A stretch of 64,000 bases of DNA from the NCBI GenBank assembly GCA_016292745.1, contig JAEDFO010000001.1, positions 43,823-107,822 on the forward strand. Direction: 5' to 3'. Source of the DNA: Muribaculaceae bacterium (GTDB lineage: Bacteria; Bacteroidota; Bacteroidia; Bacteroidales; Muribaculaceae). This document shows, one piece after another, positions 9,963-19,929 of the stretch (position 1 is its first letter; every line of letters begins with the position of its first letter). Under the pieces are notes generated by a model. That model saw nothing but the letters and a program-made list of their open reading frames with translations. It was not told the origin of the DNA and ran no database searches. The translations under genes and the position numbers were made by a program.

Positions 9963-12091
9963 AAGCCTTTAAGGGATAATGATATACGTTTTCGAGATTC
10001 ATCTACCGATATCACCTTAACTTGAAGGTGCTGATTTATGCGAAGGACATCGTTTGGAGATGATATATAATTGTCCGACATTTCAGAAATATGTATAAGC
10101 CCGTTTTCTTTGATGCCAATGTCGACAAAAGCACCGAATTGTGTAATGTTAGTAACAATTCCATTAACCACCATTCCCTCTTTCAAGTCGCTTAGACTAT
10201 TTATCCGTTCATCGAATGCAAAGGTATCGGTCTTGTGGCGAGGGTCGATACCACGGCAACCTATTTCGTTGATTATTGACTGGAGGGTGGTGAGCCCATG
10301 CTCGGCGGATACATATTTGTTCAAATCAATGCTTTCACGTTTTGAAGTGTCGTTGACAAAATCGTTCAATGAACAATTACAATCCTTTGCCATTTGCTTC
10401 ACAATGGGATAACTTTCAGGGTGAACAAAGGTTGAATCGAGCGGATTGTCTCCATCGATAATTCGCAGGAATCCGGAAGCTTGCTGGAATGCTTTTGGCC
10501 CAAGACGGTCTACCTTCAACAATTCTGAACGATTACGGAACGAGCCGTGTTCCTGACGATATTTTACTATGTTTCCGGCCAAAGAGGGTCCCAGCCCCGA
10601 CACATATCCGAGAAGTTCTTTGGATGCTGTGTTTACGTTCACGCCAACAGTGTTCACACAACTCTCAACTGTGAAATTGAGAGATTGCTGCAATTTGTTC
10701 TGGTCAACATCGTATTGATATTGTCCTACTCCTATCGATTTAGGATCGATTTTAACCAATTCAGCAAGCGGGTCGATTAATCTGCGACCAATCGAGACCG
10801 CTCCACGAACGGTAACATCTTTATCTGGGAATTCTTCGCGCGCCAACTTCGATGCTGAATATATTGAAGCTCCATCTTCGCTTACAACAAATATTTGCAT
10901 GTTGGCACCATATCTAAGCGATTGGAAGAATTTCTCGGTTTCACGGCTAGCTGTGCCGTTGCCAATGGCTATTGCATCAATTTTGTATGATTCAATAATG
11001 GTAGAGATTTTCTTAGCGGCACCTCTGAAATCAGATTTTGGCTGATTTGGGTAGATTACATCGTTGTGAAGCAGTTTGCCGTTCTCGTCAAGGCATACTA
11101 TTTTGCATCCAGTTCGAAAGCCAGGGTCAACACCGAGCACCCGCTTCTCACCCAAGGGCGCTTGCATAAGAAGTTGCCGCAAGTTAGATGAGAATACTTC
11201 AATTGCCGATTCATCGGCTATATCTTTTGATATACGTGCAAACTCATTCTCAATCGATGGCTTTATAAGTCGTTTATAAGCTTCTTTTATAGCTCTTGAT
11301 ATCAGTTCTGAAGAAGCAGATTGTCTCTTGAGAATTATTCTTGATATTTTTTCGATTGCTGTATCGGCATCAACATCTATCGATACCTTCATCAGCCCTT
11401 CGCGCTCGGCTCTACGTATGGCTAGAATCCGATGCGACGATGCTCGCGATAGTTTCTCGGCATAGTCGAAATAGTTTGAATATTTTGCGGCTTCATCTCT
11501 TTTCGACTCTACTACCTTGCTTCTTATCGTAGCATAACGTTGAAATTCGGTTCTGACAGTTCTCCGAACTGTCTGATTCTCGGAAATCCATTCAGATATT
11601 ATGTCCAAAGCACCATCTATAGCAGAGTCGCCCGATAAGTTTTTGCTCTTAATGCAATTTGATGCATAACGCTGTATTTCAGCGATATCGTACTTTTGAC
11701 AGAAAATGATTTTAGCCAATGGCTCCAGCCCGTTTTCTCGAGCAATTTCTGCCTTTGTGCGTCGCTTCTGTTTATACGGCAAATATATGTCTTCCAGAGT
11801 GTCAGAATCCCAGCACGATGTAATTTGATTGAGCAATTCATCGGTGAGTTTCTCCTGTTTGGTTAGAGTTTCAATTATATACTTTTTTCGCTCAACGATT
11901 TCCTTGAATTTATTGTATTGTGTTTGGATATCCAGAATAGCTAATTCATCGAGATTGTTTGTGGCTTCTTTACGATATCTGCTAATAAATGGGATAGTAG
12001 CTCCATCATTGAGCATGGCAACAACTTTCTCTACAATTTGCTGGCTAATGCCCAGATTATCGCTAATCAATTTATATACTTTATCATCCAT
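9959..12091 (-). CDS. tex: Tex-like RNA-binding transcriptional accessory protein
   Basis: 710 aa with a YqgF-like core, an HhH region and a C-terminal S1 domain (GIVTNITQFGAFVDIG). Confidence 0.9.
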   Translation of the reverse strand: MDDKVYKLISDNLGISQQIVEKVVAMLNDGATIPFISRYRKEATNNLDELAILDIQTQYNKFKEIVERKKYIIETLTKQEKLTDELLNQITSCWDSDTLEDIYLPYKQKRRTKAEIARENGLEPLAKIIFCQKYDIAEIQRYASNCIKSKNLSGDSAIDGALDIISEWISENQTVRRTVRTEFQRYATIRSKVVESKRDEAAKYSNYFDYAEKLSRASSHRILAIRRAEREGLMKVSIDVDADTAIEKISRIILKRQSASSELISRAIKEAYKRLIKPSIENEFARISKDIADESAIEVFSSNLRQLLMQAPLGEKRVLGVDPGFRTGCKIVCLDENGKLLHNDVIYPNQPKSDFRGAAKKISTIIESYKIDAIAIGNGTASRETEKFFQSLRYGANMQIFVVSEDGASIYSASKLAREEFPDKDVTVRGAVSIGRRLIDPLAELVKIDPKSIGVGQYQYDVDQNKLQQSLNFTVESCVNTVGVNVNTASKELLGYVSGLGPSLAGNIVKYRQEHGSFRNRSELLKVDRLGPKAFQQASGFLRIIDGDNPLDSTFVHPESYPIVKQMAKDCNCSLNDFVNDTSKRESIDLNKYVSAEHGLTTLQSIINEIGCRGIDPRHKTDTFAFDERINSLSDLKEGMVVNGIVTNITQFGAFVDIGIKENGLIHISEMSDNYISSPNDVLRINQHLQVKVISVDESRKRISLSLKGL

Positions 12092-13270
12092 CTATTCTTT
12101 GCAGTGAAGAGTTATTACTGTGATTTCCGGCTTTACCCCTATGCGTGCCGGTATAGCCACCTCGCCAATGCCGGAGTTGACATAAAGATACTGTTTCTCT
12201 TGGTTTGTATACAATCCGCTCCATCGTGAGTATCGGAATACTGCCGGTGAAATATACTTGCCGAAGATATTGAATGCGCATTGCATGGCATGAGTGTGCC
12301 CCGATAGTGTAAGGGCGATGTTCGTCTTATCAATTATCTCTGCATCCCAATGTGCTGGATTATGCGACAAGAGAATCTTAAATGTGGAATCATTTAGGTT
12401 CGGATACGATGAGCTTAGATCGGCATACATTTTAAATGGCGGGTCACCCCAGTTTTCAACACCAATCAATGCTAATGAATCGTTCCCGTTGCGGATAATT
12501 GTATGTGAATTGTTCAATATCGTCCAATTCATGCGTTGTTGCATAGATACCAGCGACTCAACATCCAGTTTCTTCATTCCTTCAGATTCCCAATGCATAT
12601 AATCGCCATAATCATGATTTCCTAATACCGAGAACACACCATCTGGGCTGCACAATTTCTTCAGGCATTCAGTATATACTGCCATTTCATTGCTTTGCCG
12701 ATTGACAATGTCGCCGGTAAATACTGTTATATTTGCATTTTGGGCATTAATGCTGTCGACCAATTCATCAATAAATGTTGAGCCGGAAATATATGAACCA
12801 AGGTGCAAGTCGGAAAACTGCACGATTTTATAGTTATCGAATGCTTTAGGTAAATTGTCGAACTCAATGTCGATATTACTGACATTTATCTGGTAAGGAG
12901 TTACAGCGGAACTGTATAGTAGAAGTCCCAATGACGACAATGCTATTATACAAGGTGCAATAAGGCAATTCTTACTTTTAACGAAGATGCTACAAATAAG
13001 TGAAAAGAGTAAAAATAAGAGTTTGGCAACATAAATGCTCAGAACAGAAAACAGCATCCACATTATGACCACCAAGCTATCGTTGCCAATATCTTTCTTC
13101 GGTACAAGTATTGCAAGCAGGAATATGACCCACACTATTACTGAGAAAACACAATATCCTCGTTTAGTAGAGTTCCCACATTTGAAATGGACTAATGATT
13201 TGTATATTCCAAAATCTATTGCACCGCATACAATCGATGCAACAGCAATCATTATAAGCGGAAGTCTCAT
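12092..13270 (-). CDS. Membrane-anchored metallophosphoesterase
   Basis: N-terminal TM helices, then SDLHLG, GDIVN, GNHDY and GHTH motifs. Confidence 0.8.
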   Translation of the reverse strand: MRLPLIMIAVASIVCGAIDFGIYKSLVHFKCGNSTKRGYCVFSVIVWVIFLLAILVPKKDIGNDSLVVIMWMLFSVLSIYVAKLLFLLFSLICSIFVKSKNCLIAPCIIALSSLGLLLYSSAVTPYQINVSNIDIEFDNLPKAFDNYKIVQFSDLHLGSYISGSTFIDELVDSINAQNANITVFTGDIVNRQSNEMAVYTECLKKLCSPDGVFSVLGNHDYGDYMHWESEGMKKLDVESLVSMQQRMNWTILNNSHTIIRNGNDSLALIGVENWGDPPFKMYADLSSSYPNLNDSTFKILLSHNPAHWDAEIIDKTNIALTLSGHTHAMQCAFNIFGKYISPAVFRYSRWSGLYTNQEKQYLYVNSGIGEVAIPARIGVKPEITVITLHCKE

Positions 13271-14470
13271 TTATTCTTTGCTTAATGCATCAAGATAATT
13301 GTGCAATGGATTTGAATACATAAGAAGAATCATCTTATGCATATATGCATTATCTTCAGCAGAGATATTTTCGAGGTCGACTTTTTTCAATTGATTGCAA
13401 AGATATGTTTCAAACCCTTTGTATTCTTCATCAGTGTATTTGTCGGCAAATTTGTTTGAACTGTGCAGCATATCGTATGCAATGTAGTTGCACGGATAGA
13501 ATTTATAGTTGAGATGAATTGAACGGTCGATGGCTTGACGTACATAGTTAAGCACATCCACTTTGTTTGTCCTATCGATATCGGCGTTTAGCAATGTTTC
13601 GTTAAGAGGTTTTGCTATGGCTATATGCACTCTGCCTTTGTTGTGAAGGATACCCGTCTCCATGCTGAACAAGTCATCACGCTCCGATTTGCGGTATTGG
13701 GGGTCTTTTTGTTTGAGTAGATACTCTTTTGCTTTAAGATAATCGTTTGGGTCGTATTCGTAACTTAACGATACTGGACAAAGATTTATCTCTGTAAGGT
13801 GTGCAAGTACATCGCCTTCTCCGGCTAGTGACAGCATCTTAATCAGTGATTCTTGTGTAAGGTCGTTGCTGTCCTTTGCTCGGCCCTCTCGCTGTGCAAT
13901 CCATACCGATTCGTGCTTTTCCTTAATTGTAAAATGTATATACCCTGACAATTGAATGGCAGCCTCCAAAGCCTCGCGGAATCCTACATTGCGTTTAACG
14001 ATAAAACTTTTATTTAGTTTTACAAGAGTTTCAATCCAGCTGTGAATCAGAAGGTTACTGCCAATTGCAACTTCGGTAGTAAAAAGTCCATTCTTAAGCA
14101 ACGATAGGTTTAGAAACGAAGCATCGAGAACGATGTCGCGGTGATTGCTGATAAATGTATATGATTTCGATGCATCAAGATATTCTGTACCCGAAGAAGT
14201 GATGCCCTTTGTGGTCTTTTGCTCAAGCATCAACAAGAAAGGAGCCATGATTTTGCGATGAAAATCATCTTTGTTGGTAATTGAGAGAAGTTCAGCCTTG
14301 AACTGTGCCATGTCGATGTCGGGAAGTACATATTTCACGGCATGTTCGAAAAGAGGCTCGTCAACAAGGGTTTTCATGTTGGCATTAAAATCCTTGTCAT
14401 CGATGGGCTTTATGTCGGCATATTCGTCAGGTGTTATAATATCTTTGATTTTTTTTGAATTCATAATCAT
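13271..14470 (-). CDS. Acyltransferase, PlsC/GPAT-like (HX4D)
   Basis: NHRDIVLD motif. The track ORF extends to 14521 and overlaps rluD, so I trimmed it to the ATG at 14470 (MIMNSKK). Confidence 0.65.
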   Translation of the reverse strand: MIMNSKKIKDIITPDEYADIKPIDDKDFNANMKTLVDEPLFEHAVKYVLPDIDMAQFKAELLSITNKDDFHRKIMAPFLLMLEQKTTKGITSSGTEYLDASKSYTFISNHRDIVLDASFLNLSLLKNGLFTTEVAIGSNLLIHSWIETLVKLNKSFIVKRNVGFREALEAAIQLSGYIHFTIKEKHESVWIAQREGRAKDSNDLTQESLIKMLSLAGEGDVLAHLTEINLCPVSLSYEYDPNDYLKAKEYLLKQKDPQYRKSERDDLFSMETGILHNKGRVHIAIAKPLNETLLNADIDRTNKVDVLNYVRQAIDRSIHLNYKFYPCNYIAYDMLHSSNKFADKYTDEEYKGFETYLCNQLKKVDLENISAEDNAYMHKMILLMYSNPLHNYLDALSKE

Positions 14471-14489
14471 GTAATGTTTAGTTAACCTA

Positions 14490-15539
14490 TTAATTTGTCG
14501 CAAAAGCGCGCCATTTCTCAATTAGCTTTGTCATGTCATCGGGAATTTCAGAATCGAAACTCATATATTCACGAGTTTTAGGGTGAATGAAACCCAGCGT
14601 CTTGGCATGAAGTGCTTGGCGTGGACAAATCAAGAAACAATTATTAATGAATTGATTATATTTTGCGGATGTATTACCTCTCAATATTTTGTCGCCGCCA
14701 TAGCGAGCATCGTTAAAGAGAGGGTGTCCTATATATTTCATATGAACACGAATCTGGTGGGTTCTGCCTGTTTCCAATTGACAGCGAACGAGAGCCACGT
14801 GCGACAGATTCTCGAGTACCTCATAGTTGGTTACGGCATGTTTGCCATCTTCGCCATCAGGGAATACAGTCATCTGCAAGCGGTCTTTGGGATTTCTTCC
14901 AATATTGGCATCAACTCGTCCGCTTGTTTCATTGAATGTTCCCCACAACAGTGCTATGTATTGACGAGTGGTGGTTTTGTTAAAGAACTGCTTTCCCAAA
15001 GCAGTCTTTGCATCAGGGGTTTTGGCGATAACCAATAGCCCTGATGTGTCTTTGTCAATTCTATGAACGAGACCCATACGTGGGTCGCAAACGTCATAAT
15101 TTGGGTCGTCTTTAAAATAATACGCCAAGGCATTTACGAGCGTACCCGAATAATTTCCGTGCCCTGGATGAACTACAAGGCCAGCCGGTTTATTAACAAC
15201 CAGCAATTCTGAGTCCTCGTATACGATATTAAGTGGAATGTCTTCAGGAATAATCTCATTGTCGTAGCGCGGACGGTCCATTACCACCGAAACCACATCT
15301 CCAGGTTTTACTCTATAATTTGATTTTACAGCTTTACCATTGACAATGATGCAGTTTGCCTCTGCTGCTTGTTGGATTCGGTTACGAGAGGTGCCTTCGA
15401 TTTTCGACACGAGAAATTTATCTACACGAAGTAGAGTCTGGCCTTTCTCGGCTACAAAGCGGAAATGCTCGTATAGCTCTTGCCCATCTTCCGAGATGAA
15501 CATGCTTTCACTTCGTATGTCGTCGACAATCTCGTTCAT
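14490..15539 (-). CDS. rluD: RluA-family 23S rRNA pseudouridine synthase (RluD-like)
   Basis: S4 domain plus the HRIDKDTSGLL catalytic motif. Confidence 0.9.
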   Translation of the reverse strand: MNEIVDDIRSESMFISEDGQELYEHFRFVAEKGQTLLRVDKFLVSKIEGTSRNRIQQAAEANCIIVNGKAVKSNYRVKPGDVVSVVMDRPRYDNEIIPEDIPLNIVYEDSELLVVNKPAGLVVHPGHGNYSGTLVNALAYYFKDDPNYDVCDPRMGLVHRIDKDTSGLLVIAKTPDAKTALGKQFFNKTTTRQYIALLWGTFNETSGRVDANIGRNPKDRLQMTVFPDGEDGKHAVTNYEVLENLSHVALVRCQLETGRTHQIRVHMKYIGHPLFNDARYGGDKILRGNTSAKYNQFINNCFLICPRQALHAKTLGFIHPKTREYMSFDSEIPDDMTKLIEKWRAFATN

Positions 15540-15551
15540 GTAAAAGCTACA

Positions 15552-16196
15552 TTATTCGATTATGCTGACAACGTCGTCGTCGAACAGTCCTTCAACGATT
15601 TCACCGTCGTCGTTGTTTAATGAGTCTTCTCCATTATATTCATTACCATCACCAACAATTAAAGTGATGCTTGATGATGATGGGAATTTGGTGCCTGGCG
15701 CTGCATTTGCTCCGTTAACTTTCACATCGATTACAAGTCCTTTGAATGGAGAACTCACTGTTTCGATCTTGATGCTCCTTGCTCCGAGTTCAACAAGTTT
15801 AGCTTGCGCTTGACGTTCTGAAAGGTCTTTAAGGCTGGGAAGAGTAATCAAACGTGGGGAAAAAGCATTTATGCCAATGTAAATGGTGCGGTTCGATTTC
15901 ACTCTTGCTCCTTCTTTTGGACTTTGTTCCACAACAGTGCCTGGCTTGAATGTGTCATTGTAAATCGAATCGGTTATTTCATACTTAAATCCTTCAGATT
16001 TAATTACTTGAATGGCTTCGTTAAGTGGCATCTGCTTTATGTTTGGCACGATCTTGAATTTACCGTGTTCGGTGAAAAAGTCAAGAAATATGAGGGTGGC
16101 ATATATCAATGCCATCAATGCCAATAAAATCAATATCAAATTATAAATAATCGGATGTTGATTTGAAAATGACTTTATTTTATCTATAGTGCTCAC
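15552..16196 (-). CDS. Stand-alone PASTA-domain membrane protein
   Basis: N-terminal TM helix, two PASTA-like repeats and an acidic tail. It has no kinase or PBP domain. Confidence 0.65.
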   Translation of the reverse strand: MSTIDKIKSFSNQHPIIYNLILILLALMALIYATLIFLDFFTEHGKFKIVPNIKQMPLNEAIQVIKSEGFKYEITDSIYNDTFKPGTVVEQSPKEGARVKSNRTIYIGINAFSPRLITLPSLKDLSERQAQAKLVELGARSIKIETVSSPFKGLVIDVKVNGANAAPGTKFPSSSSITLIVGDGNEYNGEDSLNNDDGEIVEGLFDDDVVSIIE

Positions 16197-16218
16197 GATA
16201 TCTATCCATTATATTTTG

Positions 16219-16226
16219 CAAATTTA
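16219..16226 (-). promoter_or_regulatory. -7 promoter box TAAATTTG
   Basis: The plus strand reads CAAATTTA, 22 nt upstream of the ATG at 16196. Confidence 0.35.
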
Positions 16227-16348
16227 ATATAATCGTTATCACTTACAAAACCAATAAACCATTTTTCACATAATTATAAATTATGCGTTATCGTTTGAAA
16301 ATGGCAATGCAGAACTATTAATATCTGAATTACAGAGTATTAATAAAC

Positions 16349-16392
16349 AAAAATGCCTTGGTGAAGGTGAAATTCCACACCAAGGCATTTTT
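16349..16392. terminator. Strong terminator downstream of the rpoZ-like gene
   Basis: AAAAATGCCTTGGTG (16349-16363) pairs with CACCAAGGCATTTTT (16378-16392). Confidence 0.65.
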
Positions 16393-16409
16393 TTAGATGA
16401 TAATGATGA

Positions 16410-16745
16410 TTAATCGAGATTTTCCTTCTCCTTTAGGGGATTTCGGTAAACGAGCTTGCCATCCTCGTATTCCTGAGCAGCGATAAGAGTTGGTTTTGGC
16501 AATTTTTCGTAATAACGCGAGATTTCTATCTGTTCGCGGTTCTCAGATACCTCTTCAAGATTATCGTTCATCGAAGCAAATTCCTGAAGTTTCTTTTCAA
16601 GCTCTTGTTTCATTTCTACGGCAATCTGGTTGGATCGCTTTGCTATAATGCATACTGTTTCATATACGTTGCCTGTGTCGGCCGACATCTTAATCATGTC
16701 ACGTGTAACAGTGTTCAGTGGAGCATTCGTTTTCTTATAATCCAT
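16410..16745 (-). CDS. rpoZ: RNA polymerase omega-subunit-like protein (Bacteroidota type)
   Basis: 111 aa with the Rpb6/omega-like segment VYETVCIIAKRSNQI. It sits in the conserved position downstream of bamD. Confidence 0.55.
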   Translation of the reverse strand: MDYKKTNAPLNTVTRDMIKMSADTGNVYETVCIIAKRSNQIAVEMKQELEKKLQEFASMNDNLEEVSENREQIEISRYYEKLPKPTLIAAQEYEDGKLVYRNPLKEKENLD

Positions 16746-16778
16746 AATATATAACGATTTGAGATTTATACACAGATG

Positions 16779-17579
16779 TTATTCTTTAACGTATCGCTGG
16801 GCTATCTTGAAAATGTTGTCGGCCTCTTTGCGATTCTCGCTTTCAGGATAGTCATTGATGAATGAATAGTATTCGTCGACAACTTCACGGAAGCGGTCAG
16901 CCTTTTTCTCTTCGATACTCTGGGCTGCTTCCTGATATTTTGATTTCAGAACCAACAGTTCCAACGGTTCTTTGTATTTGCTGTAAGGATAGTCTTTTAT
17001 GGCATTCTGAGCGACAATGATTGCCGATTGGTAATTGTTGCCAAGATAGTTGCCCAAGTTATAATAAAGCTGGGCATTCTGAAGTTCTTTCAGAACCAAC
17101 TTATCCTGCAGTTCAAATATAGCATTCTGAGCGATAGTTACTTTATCGCTTTTAGGAAAATAATCAAGGAAATTCTGAAGTTCTTCTATAGCCTTGATTG
17201 TCATCGATTGGTCAAGCTGAGCCTCAGGTGAATCAAGGTAATATCCATATCCGGCATAGAAGCGGGCAAGTTCAGTGTATTGTCCCTTTGGATAGTGGGT
17301 ATAATATGTCTTGAAATATGTTCCAGAATTGGTGTAATCGTGGTTTTCGTAGTGGCTAAGCCCTAAAAGATATAATGACTCTTCGGCTTTTGGCGTGCCC
17401 TTAAACACTGTCACCAAATCAGAGAGTATGGTACTGGCCTGAACATATTTCTTCTTCTCAAATGCCTTTTTGGCATATTGATACTTGTATTCGTAATCGT
17501 TACTCTTCAGTACTTTATTGTATTCACCACACGATGCCAATGCAAGCAATGACAGTGCGATTATGAGATATCGAATCAT
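16779..17579 (-). CDS. bamD: Outer membrane protein assembly factor BamD (TPR lipoprotein)
   Basis: Lipobox LALASC and TPR-like repeats. The track start at 17600 is TTG, so I trimmed it to the ATG at 17579. Confidence 0.8.
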   Translation of the reverse strand: MIRYLIIALSLLALASCGEYNKVLKSNDYEYKYQYAKKAFEKKKYVQASTILSDLVTVFKGTPKAEESLYLLGLSHYENHDYTNSGTYFKTYYTHYPKGQYTELARFYAGYGYYLDSPEAQLDQSMTIKAIEELQNFLDYFPKSDKVTIAQNAIFELQDKLVLKELQNAQLYYNLGNYLGNNYQSAIIVAQNAIKDYPYSKYKEPLELLVLKSKYQEAAQSIEEKKADRFREVVDEYYSFINDYPESENRKEADNIFKIAQRYVKE

Positions 17580-17775
17580 ATAAATTTTTTTAGACCACAA
17601 AATTACGAAATCTTATTTCATTTGTCAAACTCTTTTCGACGTTTTATAGTTATTTTTATATGGTTTCGTTATCTGTAAGTCAATTTTCGATAATTTATAC
17701 AATTTGTTTATTTATTAAAAGCTCTATTTGACCTATTGACCTTTAAAAATCATTCAAATTTAGGAATAAAAGCAT

Positions 17776-17783
17776 TAACTTTG
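17776..17783 (+). promoter_or_regulatory. -7 promoter box TAACTTTG for uvrB
   Basis: Matches TAnnTTTG, 46 nt upstream of the ATG at 17830. Confidence 0.4.
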
Positions 17784-17829
17784 CATTAGTTGTCTGCAGC
17801 ATCGCAGATTTTAAATTGAGATAGGGTTA

Positions 17830-19929
17830 ATGAGTATTTCTTCGTATAACAAATTCAATCTGGTTTCGAAATATGAACCGACCGGCGACCAACCACAAGC
17901 TATCCAGCAACTTGTTGATGGCGTTAACAGCGATGTGCCGGCACAAACCTTAATGGGTGTAACAGGTTCTGGCAAAACGTTTACCATGGCAAACGTGATA
18001 AATCAGGTGAATCGCCCTACCCTTGTTTTATCGCATAATAAGACATTAGCGGCTCAGTTGTATTCAGAGTTCAAGACGTTCTTCCCTGAAAACTCAGTCC
18101 ATTATTTCGTTTCCTATTACGATTATTTTCAACCTGAAGCTTATATTCCTTCTTCAGATAAATATATTGAGAAGGACCTAATGATAAATCAAGAAATCGA
18201 CCGTCTTCGACTTGCAACTACATCGGCCCTGTTGTCGGGACGTCGCGATATTATTGTTGTATCATCGGTTTCGTGTCTTTATGGCATGGGTAACCCAGAT
18301 GATTTCGATAAGAATATTATCCACATCAAGGTCGGGACCGATATTGGTCGTAATAAATTTCTCCGCATGCTTGTCGATTCGCTATATTCACGCACCGAGC
18401 ACGCTCTTGAGCGAGGACAGTTCCGTGTAAAAGGTGATACAGTTGACATTGCATTAGCATACGAAGAAATTATGATTCGTGTGGTGTTCTGGGGCGATGA
18501 TATAGAAAGCATCCAGAATGTTAGTCCTGACACCGGTGTGGTTATTGAGGAATTCATGGAATTCAAGATTTATCCAGCAAATATATTTGTAACCACAAAG
18601 GAGCGGGCTGCCCTTGCTTTGGCTCAAATAGAATTAGACCTTGGCGAGCAGGTGCAGCAGTTCTACAACGAAGGTCGAAGCCTTGAAGCCAAACGGCTTC
18701 AGGAACGCGTTTCGTATGATATCGAGATGATTCGTGAAGTAGGTTATTGTTCAGGCATTGAGAATTATTCAAGATATTTCGACGGTCGTAAGTCGGGTGT
18801 GCGTCCGTTCTGCTTGCTCGATTATTTCCCGAAGGATTTCCTGACAATCATTGACGAAAGTCATGTTACTATTCCGCAAATCCGTGCAATGTACGGAGGC
18901 GACATGTCACGGAAAATGAATCTTGTTCAATACGGTTTCCGATTGTCGGCTGCAATTGATAATCGTCCGCTAAAATTCGAGGAATTCGAGAGCCTTACAC
19001 ATCAGGCAATATATGTAAGTGCCACTCCAGCAGACTATGAGCTTGAACGAAGCGAAGGCGTTGTTGTTGAGCAGATTATACGTCCAACCGGATTGCTCGA
19101 CCCTGCCATATCAGTGCGATCGTCGCATGGCCAGATCGATGATTTGCTCGATGAAATACAGACTCGTATCGAAAGGCATGAACGAGTGTTGGTAACGGCA
19201 CTTACAAAGCGTATGGCTGAAGAATTATGTGCTTATCTGCTTAAATTGAATATTAAATGCTCCTATATCCACTCTGACGTCGACACCATGGAGCGTATAC
19301 AGATTCTCGACGATTTGCGTTCCGGAGCGATTGATGTGCTTATCGGCGTCAATCTGTTACGCGAGGGCCTTGATTTGCCTGAAGTGTCGCTTGTAGCTAT
19401 TCTTGATGCCGACAAGGAGGGATTCTTGAGGTCTCATAGGTCGTTGACTCAGACAGCAGGTCGCGCAGCACGCAATATAAATGGATTGGTGATAATGTAT
19501 GCCGACAAGATAACCGAGTCGATGCAAAAGACAATTGATGAAACAGAACGTCGTCGCGAACACCAACTGGCATATAATGCCCAGCATGGAATTGTCCCGA
19601 AGGCCATTATTAAGGAACGTAATCTCATTGTGGGTCAGGAACGTTCGGCAGAGGACAACAGGAACGATATCACCCGACGTGCAGATATAGCCAACCATGA
19701 CTATGCATATTCAATGCAACAACTTTGTACCGATGAATACCAGACGACATCGGGCATAGCCGCCGACCCCGTTATTAAATATATGTCGGGTGGAGATTTT
19801 GACAAGACAATTGAAATGGTAAAGGCGAAAATGATTGATGCTGCCAAGAAAATGGATTTTGTTGCGGCGGCTCAATATCGCGACGAGATGTTAAAACTTG
19901 AGGATATTAAGCAGCATGCAAACAGATAA
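17830..19929 (+). CDS. uvrB: Excinuclease ABC subunit B
   Basis: GVTGSGKT Walker A, DESH box, and C-terminal UVR motif ([13 protein letters not shown]). Confidence 0.97.
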   Translation: MSISSYNKFNLVSKYEPTGDQPQAIQQLVDGVNSDVPAQTLMGVTGSGKTFTMANVINQVNRPTLVLSHNKTLAAQLYSEFKTFFPENSVHYFVSYYDYFQPEAYIPSSDKYIEKDLMINQEIDRLRLATTSALLSGRRDIIVVSSVSCLYGMGNPDDFDKNIIHIKVGTDIGRNKFLRMLVDSLYSRTEHALERGQFRVKGDTVDIALAYEEIMIRVVFWGDDIESIQNVSPDTGVVIEEFMEFKIYPANIFVTTKERAALALAQIELDLGEQVQQFYNEGRSLEAKRLQERVSYDIEMIREVGYCSGIENYSRYFDGRKSGVRPFCLLDYFPKDFLTIIDESHVTIPQIRAMYGGDMSRKMNLVQYGFRLSAAIDNRPLKFEEFESLTHQAIYVSATPADYELERSEGVVVEQIIRPTGLLDPAISVRSSHGQIDDLLDEIQTRIERHERVLVTALTKRMAEELCAYLLKLNIKCSYIHSDVDTMERIQILDDLRSGAIDVLIGVNLLREGLDLPEVSLVAILDADKEGFLRSHRSLTQTAGRAARNINGLVIMYADKITESMQKTIDETERRREHQLAYNAQHGIVPKAIIKERNLIVGQERSAEDNRNDITRRADIANHDYAYSMQQLCTDEYQTTSGIAADPVIKYMSGGDFDKTIEMVKAKMIDAAKKMDFVAAAQYRDEMLKLEDIKQHANR

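Noticed and set aside
17726-17743. Imperfect direct repeat TATTTGACC / TATTGACC upstream of uvrB, considered as an SOS-type operator
   Set aside because: The repeat is short and imperfect, and I cannot match it to any LexA-type consensus I can recall with confidence.
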